Shown here in pieces: positions 29,660 to 37,545 of a DNA stretch of 64,000 nucleotides. This stretch comes from Candidatus Sericytochromatia bacterium (lineage in GTDB: Bacteria; Cyanobacteriota; Sericytochromatia; S15B-MN24; VGJW01), in contig JAYKHS010000005.1 of NCBI GenBank assembly GCA_035285865.1, positions 1 to 64,000 on the forward strand, given 5' to 3'. The position numbers were made by a program, and so were the translations under genes. Positions within the stretch are counted from its first letter, which is position 1. Every line of letters starts with the position of its first letter. The notes under the pieces are model-generated. The model was given only the letters and a program-made list of their open reading frames with translations. It was not told the DNA's origin and ran no database searches.

Positions 29660-30226
29660 ATGGGGGCCATCGACGTGATCCGGGGAACCAAGGCGACGCT
29701 CAGGGCCCTCGAAGAGGGCGACCTGCCCCACCTCCAGACCTGGTTCAACGATGACGAGCTGAGCCTTGCCCGCGGCAGTCGCCGCACGGCGCGGGGCTCG
29801 GCCATGATGCTCGAATGGCTGGATGCCGTGATCGAACGCGCGGGGGAGCCCGCCGAGGGCGTCTGTCTGGGCATCATCGACGTGCGCGGTCGGCTCGTCG
29901 GCCTGGCCGAGTCCGGGCCGGTGGATCCCATCGACCGTCAGGCCGAGGTCAGCCTGCTCATCGGACGCAGCGAGGATCGCGGCAAGGGCCTGGGGCGCGA
30001 GGCGATGTTCCTGCTGCAGCGTCACCTGTTCGATGACCTGGGCGTGCACAAGCTCCGCACCCTGGTGGTGGCCGATGATGCGCGCGCAGTTGCCTACAAC
30101 AGGGCGGTCGGCTTCGTCGAGGAAGGTCGCTTGCGCCAGCATCGCTTCCTACAAGGAGCCTGGCGGGACATGCTGTCCATGGGACTGCTGGCCGAGGAGT
30201 TCCGCTCCCGGGTCGTGGGCGCTTGA
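29660..30226 (+). CDS. RimJ/RimL-type GNAT N-acetyltransferase
   Basis: LRALEEGDL, RGKGLGRE, GFVEEGRLRQ. Confidence 0.88.
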   Translation: MGAIDVIRGTKATLRALEEGDLPHLQTWFNDDELSLARGSRRTARGSAMMLEWLDAVIERAGEPAEGVCLGIIDVRGRLVGLAESGPVDPIDRQAEVSLLIGRSEDRGKGLGREAMFLLQRHLFDDLGVHKLRTLVVADDARAVAYNRAVGFVEEGRLRQHRFLQGAWRDMLSMGLLAEEFRSRVVGA

Positions 30227-31368
30227 ACACGTTCCGGCCGATGCCCGATGGCACGGGCCTGTATGTGCACGTGCCATTCTGCCGGATCAAGTGCCACTAC
30301 TGCGACTTCGCGTGCTATCCGGGCCTTGAGGATCGCATCGACGCCTATATCGAGGCACTCGGCCGGGAGTGGACCTGCTACCCCGATGACATGCGCATCG
30401 CTTCGCTCTACCTCGGCGGAGGGACGCCTTCGCTGCTGGGCCCGGAACAGGTGCGGCGGCTGGTCACTCTGCTGCGGTCGCGCGGGGATTGGTCGGGGCT
30501 TGCCGAGGCCACCTTCGAGGTCAATCCCGGTACGGGTGGCCCCGACCTTTGGCAGGCGCTGCGGGAGGCGGGCTTCCGGCGCATCTCGATGGGTGTGCAG
30601 GTCATGGATGACGCCCGACTGCGCGCCATCGGGCGCGATCACGGCGTCGCGGACGTGCATCGGACTCTGGCGGAACTGCGCGCGGCCGGCCTGCAGGACG
30701 TTTCGATGGACCTGATTTACGGATTGCCTGGCCAGGAGCCCGAATCCTGGGCGGAGACGCTGGAACAGGTGGCCGGTCTGGCCCCGCCGCATCTCTCGCT
30801 GTATGCCTTGCAGGTCGAAGAACGGACGCTCTTCGGCGTGCGTGCGGCCCAAGGCAGACTTGAGGTCCCGGACGAGGATCGCGTGCGCATCATGCATGAC
30901 CACGCGGTCGCAAGGCTTGCTGCGGCAGGATTGCGGCGGTATGAGATCGCCAGTTGGTGCACCCCGGGACATGAGTCGGTGCACAACCGCATCTACTGGA
31001 TGCATCGGCCCTTCGTGGGCCTTGGGGTCGGGGCCCACTCGTGGGATGGAACGCGGCGCTATGGCCACGATCGTTCCTTCCGCGGCTACATGGCCGATCC
31101 GAGTCCGCGTCGGAACGTGGAGCCCGAGGCTCCCGCCCTGTCCTATGACACCGCGCTCATCATGGGCCTGCGGTTAGTCGAGGAGGGCGTGGATATTCCG
31201 TCCTTCACCGAACGTTTCGGCGAGGACCCCTTTGTGGTCCACGGGGCCGTACTCGAGGGGTTTCTGTCCGAAGGCCTCCTGGAGCGCCAGGGGACGCGTC
31301 TGCGGCTGGCGTCGGACGCCATTCCGGTTGCAAACGGAGTCTTCGCGGCGCTGCTCCGGGACGCCTAG
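30223..31368 (+). CDS. hemW: Radical SAM heme chaperone HemW
   Basis: LYVHVPFCRIKCHYCDF, GGGTPS, DLIYGLPGQ, YEIASW, HNRIYW. Confidence 0.93.
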   Translation: MNTFRPMPDGTGLYVHVPFCRIKCHYCDFACYPGLEDRIDAYIEALGREWTCYPDDMRIASLYLGGGTPSLLGPEQVRRLVTLLRSRGDWSGLAEATFEVNPGTGGPDLWQALREAGFRRISMGVQVMDDARLRAIGRDHGVADVHRTLAELRAAGLQDVSMDLIYGLPGQEPESWAETLEQVAGLAPPHLSLYALQVEERTLFGVRAAQGRLEVPDEDRVRIMHDHAVARLAAAGLRRYEIASWCTPGHESVHNRIYWMHRPFVGLGVGAHSWDGTRRYGHDRSFRGYMADPSPRRNVEPEAPALSYDTALIMGLRLVEEGVDIPSFTERFGEDPFVVHGAVLEGFLSEGLLERQGTRLRLASDAIPVANGVFAALLRDA

Positions 31369-31778
31369 CGCTCATCCGGCCAGGGGGTGGCTGGCCTGCG
31401 GTTGCCCAGCTTCTCCGGTGGGCGGCTCTCGATGCGGAATCGCCAGCGCAGGATGCGACGGCCGAGGCCTGCCCGGACATCGGCGAGGCGAGCGGCCCGC
31501 CCTGCCGGTCCCAGTGTCGCTGCATCACGCAAGGCGATCGCCCAGCGCGCCAACTGTTCGTCGTCGATCGGATCTCGGGTCAGTTTGCGGGCTTCGTCGA
31601 GTGCCGCCGCCGTCGTGTCCAAGTCCGGACGAGTCACGCTGTCCCGTTCCAGCGCGGCTTGCATGGCGGTGGTCAGGGCCTGCATCCGGGATGCCAGCAG
31701 CGCAGGAGTCGAAGGCGGCAGGTCTCCGGTCGCGCCCAGCGACCAGATGACGGCAAGCACGCCCGGGATGGTATGCAT
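31365..31778 (-). CDS. Hypothetical protein, possibly exported
   Basis: Fills the gap between hemW and nadC; hydrophobic N-terminus, helical body. Confidence 0.55.
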   Translation of the reverse strand: MHTIPGVLAVIWSLGATGDLPPSTPALLASRMQALTTAMQAALERDSVTRPDLDTTAAALDEARKLTRDPIDDEQLARWAIALRDAATLGPAGRAARLADVRAGLGRRILRWRFRIESRPPEKLGNRRPATPWPDER

Positions 31779-31819
31779 GGGGCACCATGCAACCCGAAAC
31801 CCCGCTTTCCGTCGATGCC

Positions 31820-32656
31820 ATGCATCCGCTGCTTCTCGACCCGGTCCTCTCGGGCTTCTTGAGAGAAGACTTGGGCTGGGGGGATCTGACCTCTTCGCTG
31901 GTGTTGCCTGCGGACGTCCCGTGTCGTGCTGATGCGGTGTTCCGGGAAGCTGGCGTCGTGGCAGGGCTCGCCGTCTTCCGGCGTGTCTTCCATCTGGTCG
32001 ATCCGGGGATTCGGGTCGAGGACCGCGTCGCCGAAGGGGACGAGGTTCCTGCGGGCACGGCCGTCGTGCGCCTGGAGGGACCCGCGCGGAGCGTCCTTGC
32101 CGGCGAGCGTGTCGCGCTGAACCTGATGCAGCGGATGGCTGCCGTGGCGACTTTGACGCGGGCCTATGTGCGGCGCCTCGAAGGTTCACGGACCCGTCTG
32201 CTGGACACCCGCAAGACCACGCCCGGCCTGCGTGCGCTCGAGCGTCATGCCGTGCGGGTCGGCGGTGGCCGGAACCATCGCTTCTGCCTGTCGGATGCCG
32301 TGTTGATCAAGGACAACCACATCGCCGTGTGCGGCTCGATTGCCGAGGCCGTGCGTCGGGCCAAGGCCGGCCTGCCTCTGGCGGCTCCGATCGAGGTCGA
32401 GGTGGAGACTTTGCCACAGCTTGAGGAGGCCGTGGCCGCAGGTGCGGACATGGTCATGCTGGACAACATGTCCGATGAACTGGTGGCTCAGGCCGTGGCG
32501 CTTGCCGGCGGGCGGGTTCTGCTCGAGGCGTCGGGCGGCATCACGCTCGAGCGCCTCGCCGCATTGGGTCGGACCGGGGTGGACCACGTCTCGACTGGCG
32601 CCATCACCCGCCAGGCAGGATTCCTCGACATCGCCCTGGATGTCGTGACTGGATGA
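31820..32656 (+). CDS. nadC: Nicotinate-nucleotide diphosphorylase (carboxylating)
   Basis: EDLGWGDLT, ERVALN, DTRKTTPG, NHRF, LIKDNH, EVEVE, MLDN, EASGG. Confidence 0.97.
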   Translation: MHPLLLDPVLSGFLREDLGWGDLTSSLVLPADVPCRADAVFREAGVVAGLAVFRRVFHLVDPGIRVEDRVAEGDEVPAGTAVVRLEGPARSVLAGERVALNLMQRMAAVATLTRAYVRRLEGSRTRLLDTRKTTPGLRALERHAVRVGGGRNHRFCLSDAVLIKDNHIAVCGSIAEAVRRAKAGLPLAAPIEVEVETLPQLEEAVAAGADMVMLDNMSDELVAQAVALAGGRVLLEASGGITLERLAALGRTGVDHVSTGAITRQAGFLDIALDVVTG

Positions 32657-32721
32657 CAAGGCTTGGTGCCTTCTCCCGCGGCGTGGTATATGTAGCCTAG
32701 CTTGTACTCCGGGAGGCATTC

Positions 32722-32886
32722 ATGCTTTTCACTGTCGTCGCCATCATCGGCTGGATCATTCCTCTGCTGCTGCTCATCGTATCCACCGGGGCCCTGACCG
32801 TGGTGCTCAGTGGCGTCATCAGCGTCGCGGATCAGGTCTTCAATCCCGGTTCTTCCCCCATCAAGGACGAGCCGGCGCACATTTAG
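32722..32886 (+). CDS. 54-aa small membrane protein (absent from the ORF track)
   Basis: GGAGG at 32712-32716, ATG at 32722, MLFTVVAIIGWIIPLLLLIVSTGALTVVLSGVISVADQVFNPGSSPIKDEPAHI, TAG ending 32886. Confidence 0.75.
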   Translation: MLFTVVAIIGWIIPLLLLIVSTGALTVVLSGVISVADQVFNPGSSPIKDEPAHI

Positions 32887-32903
32887 CGCTTCGCGATTTT
32901 CCT

Positions 32904-32928
32904 GGCCTCGCCCAACTAGGGCGGGGCC
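32904..32928 (+). terminator. Hairpin after the small ORF, possible terminator
   Basis: ggcctcgccc-aacta-gggcggggcc with a weak T tail. Confidence 0.45.
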
Positions 32929-32980
32929 GATTGCTTTGGGACAAGTGGGCGATGTAGCCTTGGCTGTCGTATGCCCCTTC

Positions 32981-33017
32981 AAGAAAATAACCCCTCTTCC
33001 GTCTTGGGAAGAGGGGT
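32981..33017 (-). terminator. Intrinsic terminator of tRNA-fMet
   Basis: acccctcttcc/ggaagaggggt stem followed on the minus strand by TATTTTCTT. Confidence 0.85.
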
Positions 33018-33026
33018 CGGTAACAG

Positions 33027-33101
<75 letters not shown>

Positions 33102-33105
33102 ACTT

Positions 33106-33134
33106 AGTCTAGCACCGGCCCTCTCCGAGCGCAA
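33106..33134 (-). promoter_or_regulatory. Sigma70-type promoter of tRNA-fMet
   Basis: TTGCGC-17 nt-TAGACT with TGn extension; the -10 ends 5 nt before the tRNA. Confidence 0.65.
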
Positions 33135-33164
33135 GATGATCGGAGAATCAAGGGAAGATTTATT

Positions 33165-33821
33165 TCATGTTTCTCGCCAGGCATAGCCGCGACCAGGCAC
33201 ATTGCAGATGGTGCCCCCGAGCTCGCCCAGCCGCCTGCGCAGACGACTGACGTAGCGCTTGAGCAGGTCAGGAACGTGACAGTCCCGGTCTGCCCAGACG
33301 CGCCACGCCAGCTGTTCGTGGCTCATCACGCTTCCGCGACCGGAGAGGAGCGCTGCGGCGAGGCGTGCCTCGGTGGGCGTCAGCCGGACCAAGGGGCCAT
33401 TCGCGTGGGATAGCGTGCCCTCCCGAATGTCGAGACGCCAGGGACCCTGTGTCTGTGGCGCGTCACCGCAAGGCAGGCCTGTGACGGCTGATCGGGTCCC
33501 GCCTGCCCCGAAGCAGCGTCGCAGACGGACGCGGCATTCGTCCGGAGCCGCGTGAACCCTGTCCTCCATCATGCCGTCGAGGGCGCCTGCCTCAAGAAAT
33601 GTCGCCAGGCTCGTGAAGCCGGATGCGACGACGAAACGGGGGACGTGGATGCCCTTCTCCCTTTCACCGGCCCTGCAGACGTGGAGAACGGGCATCTCTG
33701 CCGATGGCTGGCCTGGGCCCGTGTCGGGCGTTAGCCAACGAAGGCCTTCTTCCTTCAGCAGCGCCTCGAGCAGGTTGCGTGTCGGCCCGGGTCGGGCGAT
33801 GAGCAGGACGGGCTGTTCCAT
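33165..33821 (-). CDS. OmpR/PhoB-type winged-helix regulator with a degenerate receiver domain
   Basis: LTPTEARL, LAWRVW, YVSRLRRRL, NVPGRGY; the N-terminus lacks the acidic pocket. Confidence 0.8.
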   Translation of the reverse strand: MEQPVLLIARPGPTRNLLEALLKEEGLRWLTPDTGPGQPSAEMPVLHVCRAGEREKGIHVPRFVVASGFTSLATFLEAGALDGMMEDRVHAAPDECRVRLRRCFGAGGTRSAVTGLPCGDAPQTQGPWRLDIREGTLSHANGPLVRLTPTEARLAAALLSGRGSVMSHEQLAWRVWADRDCHVPDLLKRYVSRLRRRLGELGGTICNVPGRGYAWRET

Positions 33822-34426
33822 CAGCCGGCACTGTGGATGATGTGCAGGAGCTCCGACCGCACGCTCCCGTTCTCGCCTTCCTCGATTCTCAGCAGACCGA
33901 TGGCAGGATGGACCCAGCCCGTGAAGAGTGTCAGAGATTCCGCGCCCTCGGCATGGAAGGAGACCTTTCGGTACCGCAGGGGCTGGCCATCGATGACCTG
34001 CTCGCCTTCTCCCTGTTCGAGACGGCCCAGGATTCGAGGGCCCCGGTCCGAACCGGCGGGTTTTCGCGCGACCCATCGCTCCGATGTGCGTGCCGGCAGG
34101 TAGTCGAGCACGAGGGGGTTCCAATGGCCCGGTTGTGCCGGATTCTGCCAAGCCAGCGCAATGCCGTCCCGCGTGTGCACCATGCGCAGGACATCCTCGT
34201 GCGTGCCGGTCTGGACCGAGAACTCCGCGACCCTGCCGGTTCCGGTCGTGTGGTGACCTTTGCAGGTCCAGCGGCTGGTCCGGCCGTCCGCAAGGCGGTA
34301 GATCAGCATGGTGCCTGCCCTGGGCTCCATCGTGGGCACCGACACTTCGGCAGCGGCGGCTTGCGTCGGCGACCCGAGGAACAGACCGAGCATCACGACG
34401 GACCAGCGGAAGTAAGGACGAAGCAT
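33821..34426 (-). CDS. Hypothetical secreted protein
   Basis: Sec-like signal ending TQAAAA; its stop overlaps the next start (TGATG). Confidence 0.7.
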   Translation of the reverse strand: MLRPYFRWSVVMLGLFLGSPTQAAAAEVSVPTMEPRAGTMLIYRLADGRTSRWTCKGHHTTGTGRVAEFSVQTGTHEDVLRMVHTRDGIALAWQNPAQPGHWNPLVLDYLPARTSERWVARKPAGSDRGPRILGRLEQGEGEQVIDGQPLRYRKVSFHAEGAESLTLFTGWVHPAIGLLRIEEGENGSVRSELLHIIHSAG

Positions 34427-34534
34427 GGCCCGAGGATGCCCCGGTCGACGGGCGTGGCCGTCGTGCGGCTTGGACAGGAATGCGCGGCAGTGGAAGACAC
34501 GCCCGGGCAACGACGGCCCTGCTACCATGGGTTC

Positions 34535-35950
34535 ATGCGCCCACCTCGCCTACGCTTTGCGCCTTCCCCTACCGGCTATCTCCATGTCGGTGGGGCGAGG
34601 ACCGCCCTGTTCAACTGGGCGCTTGCCCGCCGTCTTGGCGGCGTATTCGTCCTGCGCATCGAGGACACGGATCGCCAACGTTCCGAGCAGGCCTACGTGG
34701 ATGCCATTCTCGATGCCATGCGCTGGCTGGGTCTCGACTGGGATGAGGGGCCGCTCGTGGGCGGGCCACATGGTCCTTACTTCCAGATGGAGCGCCTGGA
34801 GCGCTATCAGGTGGCCGCCGAGCGCCTGCTGCAGACGGGGGCTGCCTACCGTTGCACCTGTCCTGCGCGGGAAGACGCCGAGACGACGGCGCCCGTGGCT
34901 TGTCCGTGCGTCGGCCTTGCCCTGCCGCCGGAGGCCGGAGGAGCCCTGCGTTTCCGCACGCCGGACGAGGGTCAGGTGACCTTCGGGGACATGATTCATG
35001 GAGACATGTCATTCCCGTGTGCCGACATCGAGGACTTCGTCCTTCTGAAGGCGGATGGGGTACCTACCTACAACTTCGCGGCCGTCGTGGACGATGCGTC
35101 CATGGACATCACCCACGTGGTCCGTGGAGACGACCATCTCTCCAACACGCCCAAGCAGGTGCTCGTCTACCGGGCACTGGGGCTCGGAGTGCCGGCATTT
35201 GCGCACATTCCCATGATCCTCGGGCCGGATCGCAAGCGTCTGTCCAAGCGGCACGGGGCTGTTTCGATCCAGCAGTTCCGCGAGGACGGCTATCTGCCCG
35301 AGGCCCTGACCAACTATCTGGCCCGCCTCGGCTGGGCGCACGGCGACATGGAGCTCTTCGATCTCGCCGAACTGGTGGCCGTCTTCGATCTGGAGGGCGT
35401 GGGCAAGGCACCGGCGGTCTTCGACTACGACAAGCTATCCTGGGTCCAGGCCTCGTGGCTGAAGCGGCTCGCTCCGGAAACGCTCACGCAGCGGGTCCTG
35501 CCTCTGATGAGGGATGCAGGACTGCCGGTCGATGGCGACGCGCCCGAACGGCTTGATGCCCTGATTCAGACCCTGGTTCCTCGTAGCGTCACCTTGCCCG
35601 ACCTGGTGAGCCAGGCGCGATTCTACTTCGATGTGCCCCTCGCGTGGGATGAAGCTTCCGTGGCCAAGGTCCTGGTTCCCGGAGTGGAGCCTGTGCTTCA
35701 GGCCCTGCGCGACCGGCTTTCCGGTCTGCACGACTGGGGACAGGCTGCTTTGGAGGAAGCCTTCCGCGGGCTTGCCCAGGACCTGGGCCTGAAGGCAGGA
35801 GCGGTCATTCAGCCGGCACGTGTGGCCCTCACGGGTCGGACAGCCTCTCCCGGGATGTTCGAACTTGCTGCCCTGATGGGCAAGGAGCTGGTTCTCCGCC
35901 GTCTTGAGGAGGCGCTGACTCGGGTTCCCGGGGTCGCGTTGCCCGGCTGA
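34535..35950 (+). CDS. gltX: Glutamate--tRNA ligase
   Basis: RFAPSPTGYLHVGGARTA, LRIEDTD, RGDDHLSNT, RLSKRHG, anticodon-binding C-terminus. Confidence 0.98.
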   Translation: MRPPRLRFAPSPTGYLHVGGARTALFNWALARRLGGVFVLRIEDTDRQRSEQAYVDAILDAMRWLGLDWDEGPLVGGPHGPYFQMERLERYQVAAERLLQTGAAYRCTCPAREDAETTAPVACPCVGLALPPEAGGALRFRTPDEGQVTFGDMIHGDMSFPCADIEDFVLLKADGVPTYNFAAVVDDASMDITHVVRGDDHLSNTPKQVLVYRALGLGVPAFAHIPMILGPDRKRLSKRHGAVSIQQFREDGYLPEALTNYLARLGWAHGDMELFDLAELVAVFDLEGVGKAPAVFDYDKLSWVQASWLKRLAPETLTQRVLPLMRDAGLPVDGDAPERLDALIQTLVPRSVTLPDLVSQARFYFDVPLAWDEASVAKVLVPGVEPVLQALRDRLSGLHDWGQAALEEAFRGLAQDLGLKAGAVIQPARVALTGRTASPGMFELAALMGKELVLRRLEEALTRVPGVALPG

Positions 35951-35953
35951 GGC

Positions 35954-36023
35954 TGCACCAGTAGCGCCAGGTTGCGCGTCGGGGCCCCTGCCAGTCTGGC
36001 GGGGGCCCTGGGGTTTGGGCGGG
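35954..36023 (+). repeat. 70-bp exact direct repeat, copy 1 (contains a GC hairpin)
   Basis: tgcaccagtagcgccaggttgcgcgtcggggcccctgccagtctggcgggggccctggggtttgggcggg, identical to 36442-36511. Confidence 0.95.
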
Positions 36024-36112
36024 TGTGGATTGTAACTTGATGTGAAGTTTGATGCTTTCTTGATGGTGGGCTGTGGTCGGGCCAAGGTCATGTTTTTTCT
36101 GTGTTGGTTCTT

Positions 36113-36140
36113 GAAAGCCTGGTACGTCCGTTGCGGATAA
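36113..36140 (+). promoter_or_regulatory. Sigma28 (FliA/SigD)-like promoter
   Basis: GAAA-N16-GCGGATAA; same spacing as the promoters before flgF and flgM. Confidence 0.55.
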
Positions 36141-36206
36141 GGGGAGTGTGGGGCAGGCGTGGCGCGGGTGGCGCCCGGTGCTCGTGGATTCGTAAGGAGA
36201 ACGACG

Positions 36207-36452
36207 ATGGCAACGCTCGGTTCGATTCATTCTCAGGGTGTGGCGACGACGCTGGCTGTATCGAGCTCGGTTCAGGACATCCTTGCCGAGATCGAGGCGA
36301 AGGCGAAGCAGGTCGGTCAGAAGAACGCCGACGGCAAGGAGTACACCCCTCAGGAGTTCCAGGCTTGGATCCTGTCGAAGCAGACTCAGCTGGACATGCT
36401 CTCGAAGCTGCTGAAGGCGGTCGAGGACGGCGTCCGGAAGATGCACCAGTAG
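36207..36452 (+). CDS. 81-aa helical-hairpin protein, resembling a type III needle/secreted subunit
   Basis: AAGGAG RBS; MATLGSIHSQG...QEFQAWILSKQTQLDMLSKLLKAVEDGVRKMHQ; no Sec signal. Confidence 0.8.
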   Translation: MATLGSIHSQGVATTLAVSSSVQDILAEIEAKAKQVGQKNADGKEYTPQEFQAWILSKQTQLDMLSKLLKAVEDGVRKMHQ

Positions 36453-36511
36453 CGCCAGGTTGCGCGTCGGGGCCCCTGCCAGTCTGGCGGGGGCCCTGGG
36501 GTTTGGGCGGG
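36442..36511 (+). repeat. 70-bp exact direct repeat, copy 2 (last codons, stop and hairpin of the 81-aa gene)
   Basis: Identical to 35954-36023. Confidence 0.95.
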
Positions 36512-36512
36512 G

Positions 36513-37310
36513 TCAGGAGTGGGCGGCGGAAAGGAAGCTGTCGAGGGCGGCCTCGAGGATCCGGCTGCGGGTGCTCGCGGCTTGTGCCGGCTTAGTCCAG
36601 AAGGCGGCCTCTACCACGTAGTGGGTGGTGTCCACGGAGACGATCCGGACTTCGGGAGCGGCTTCTTCGCTGGGGTCGATCTCCCGGATGATGGAGAGGA
36701 GACGGTCTTGGACCGTGCTGCTTGGGCGTGCGTGGGGGACGGGGATCGTCAGCACTTCGCGGCGCCGCTCCCGGGCGCCCGAGTTGACGATGGGGTTGGC
36801 AAGCAGTCGGGCATTGGGGACGAGGATGGAGGTGCCGTCCGCAGCCTGCAGCGTGGTGCTGCGGGTGGCGATGCGGGTCACGACACCCTCGATGTCACCG
36901 CTGCGGATACGCTGCCCGAGGCGGAAAGGTTGTCCCAGCATCAGCATGAGACCGGCGAGGTAGTTCTCGAGGATATCCTTGAGGGCAAAGCCGATGACGA
37001 CACCCGAGACGCCCAGACCCGTCATCACGTTGCTGAGTCCGAAGCCCCAGATGGTTGCCGTCACGGCCACGGCCAAGACAAGGCTTCCGGCATGAACCAC
37101 TTGGCCGAGGGGCAAGGCGGCTTCGGATCCCGGCAGAGCCCTGTTGACCGCATCCACAGTCAGTCGCCGCAGACGTCGCGCCAACCAGATGCCGGACAGC
37201 AGGACCAGGATGCCTGCCAGCAGACGGGGGGCAGCCTGCCACGAATGGGCGAACTGCTGATCCAGGGCCTGCCAGGCACTGCGAAACCAGATGGGCCAGG
37301 TGATGATCAC
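36513..37310 (-). CDS. mscS: Small-conductance mechanosensitive channel
   Basis: Three TM segments, IGFALKDILENYLAG, PFRLGQRI, EGVV..I..RST, VPN. Confidence 0.9.
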   Translation of the reverse strand: MIITWPIWFRSAWQALDQQFAHSWQAAPRLLAGILVLLSGIWLARRLRRLTVDAVNRALPGSEAALPLGQVVHAGSLVLAVAVTATIWGFGLSNVMTGLGVSGVVIGFALKDILENYLAGLMLMLGQPFRLGQRIRSGDIEGVVTRIATRSTTLQAADGTSILVPNARLLANPIVNSGARERRREVLTIPVPHARPSSTVQDRLLSIIREIDPSEEAAPEVRIVSVDTTHYVVEAAFWTKPAQAASTRSRILEAALDSFLSAAHS

Positions 37311-37352
37311 GGCGAAGCGTCGAACCTCGGAGAAGTAAGGTGCAGGGCACCC

Positions 37353-37382
37353 AAGAAGAAGAGGGGCCCCGAAGGGCCCCTC
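37353..37382 (-). terminator. Intrinsic terminator with a cUUCGg loop
   Basis: Minus strand gaggggccc-TTCG-gggcccctc-TTCTTCTT. Confidence 0.85.
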
Positions 37383-37493
37383 CGAACCTGGAGTCGACGA
37401 AAAGACGGCGTACGGCTTGACGTTTGCGGCGAAGAGACTGCGATGTGTACTGCTTCCAGGTCGAACCCACTTGCGCGGGGGTGGTCAAAGACC
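37353..37493 (-). ncRNA. Candidate ~140-nt structured RNA or mscS leader
   Basis: Putative TTGCCC-18-TACCCT promoter (37500-37529), 5' hairpins, long-range stem 37386-37393/37453-37461, own terminator; no family recognised. Confidence 0.45.
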
Positions 37494-37545
37494 GGCTTCA
37501 GGGTAGCCCGGCCTCGCAGGACCGGGCAAGAAGCTGTAACAAAGC

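Noticed and set aside
35954..36511. 70-bp repeats as CRISPR, IS ends or prophage att sites
   Set aside because: Only two copies, direct rather than inverted, no transposase or integrase, and not derived from a tRNA end
37370..37430. Minus-strand GCAAAC... as a tmRNA tag, and AAGCCGTACG...GGTTCGG as group II intron domain V
   Set aside because: No AA-stop ending or tRNA-like ends for tmRNA; the arms of the putative domain V do not pair and there is no RT gene
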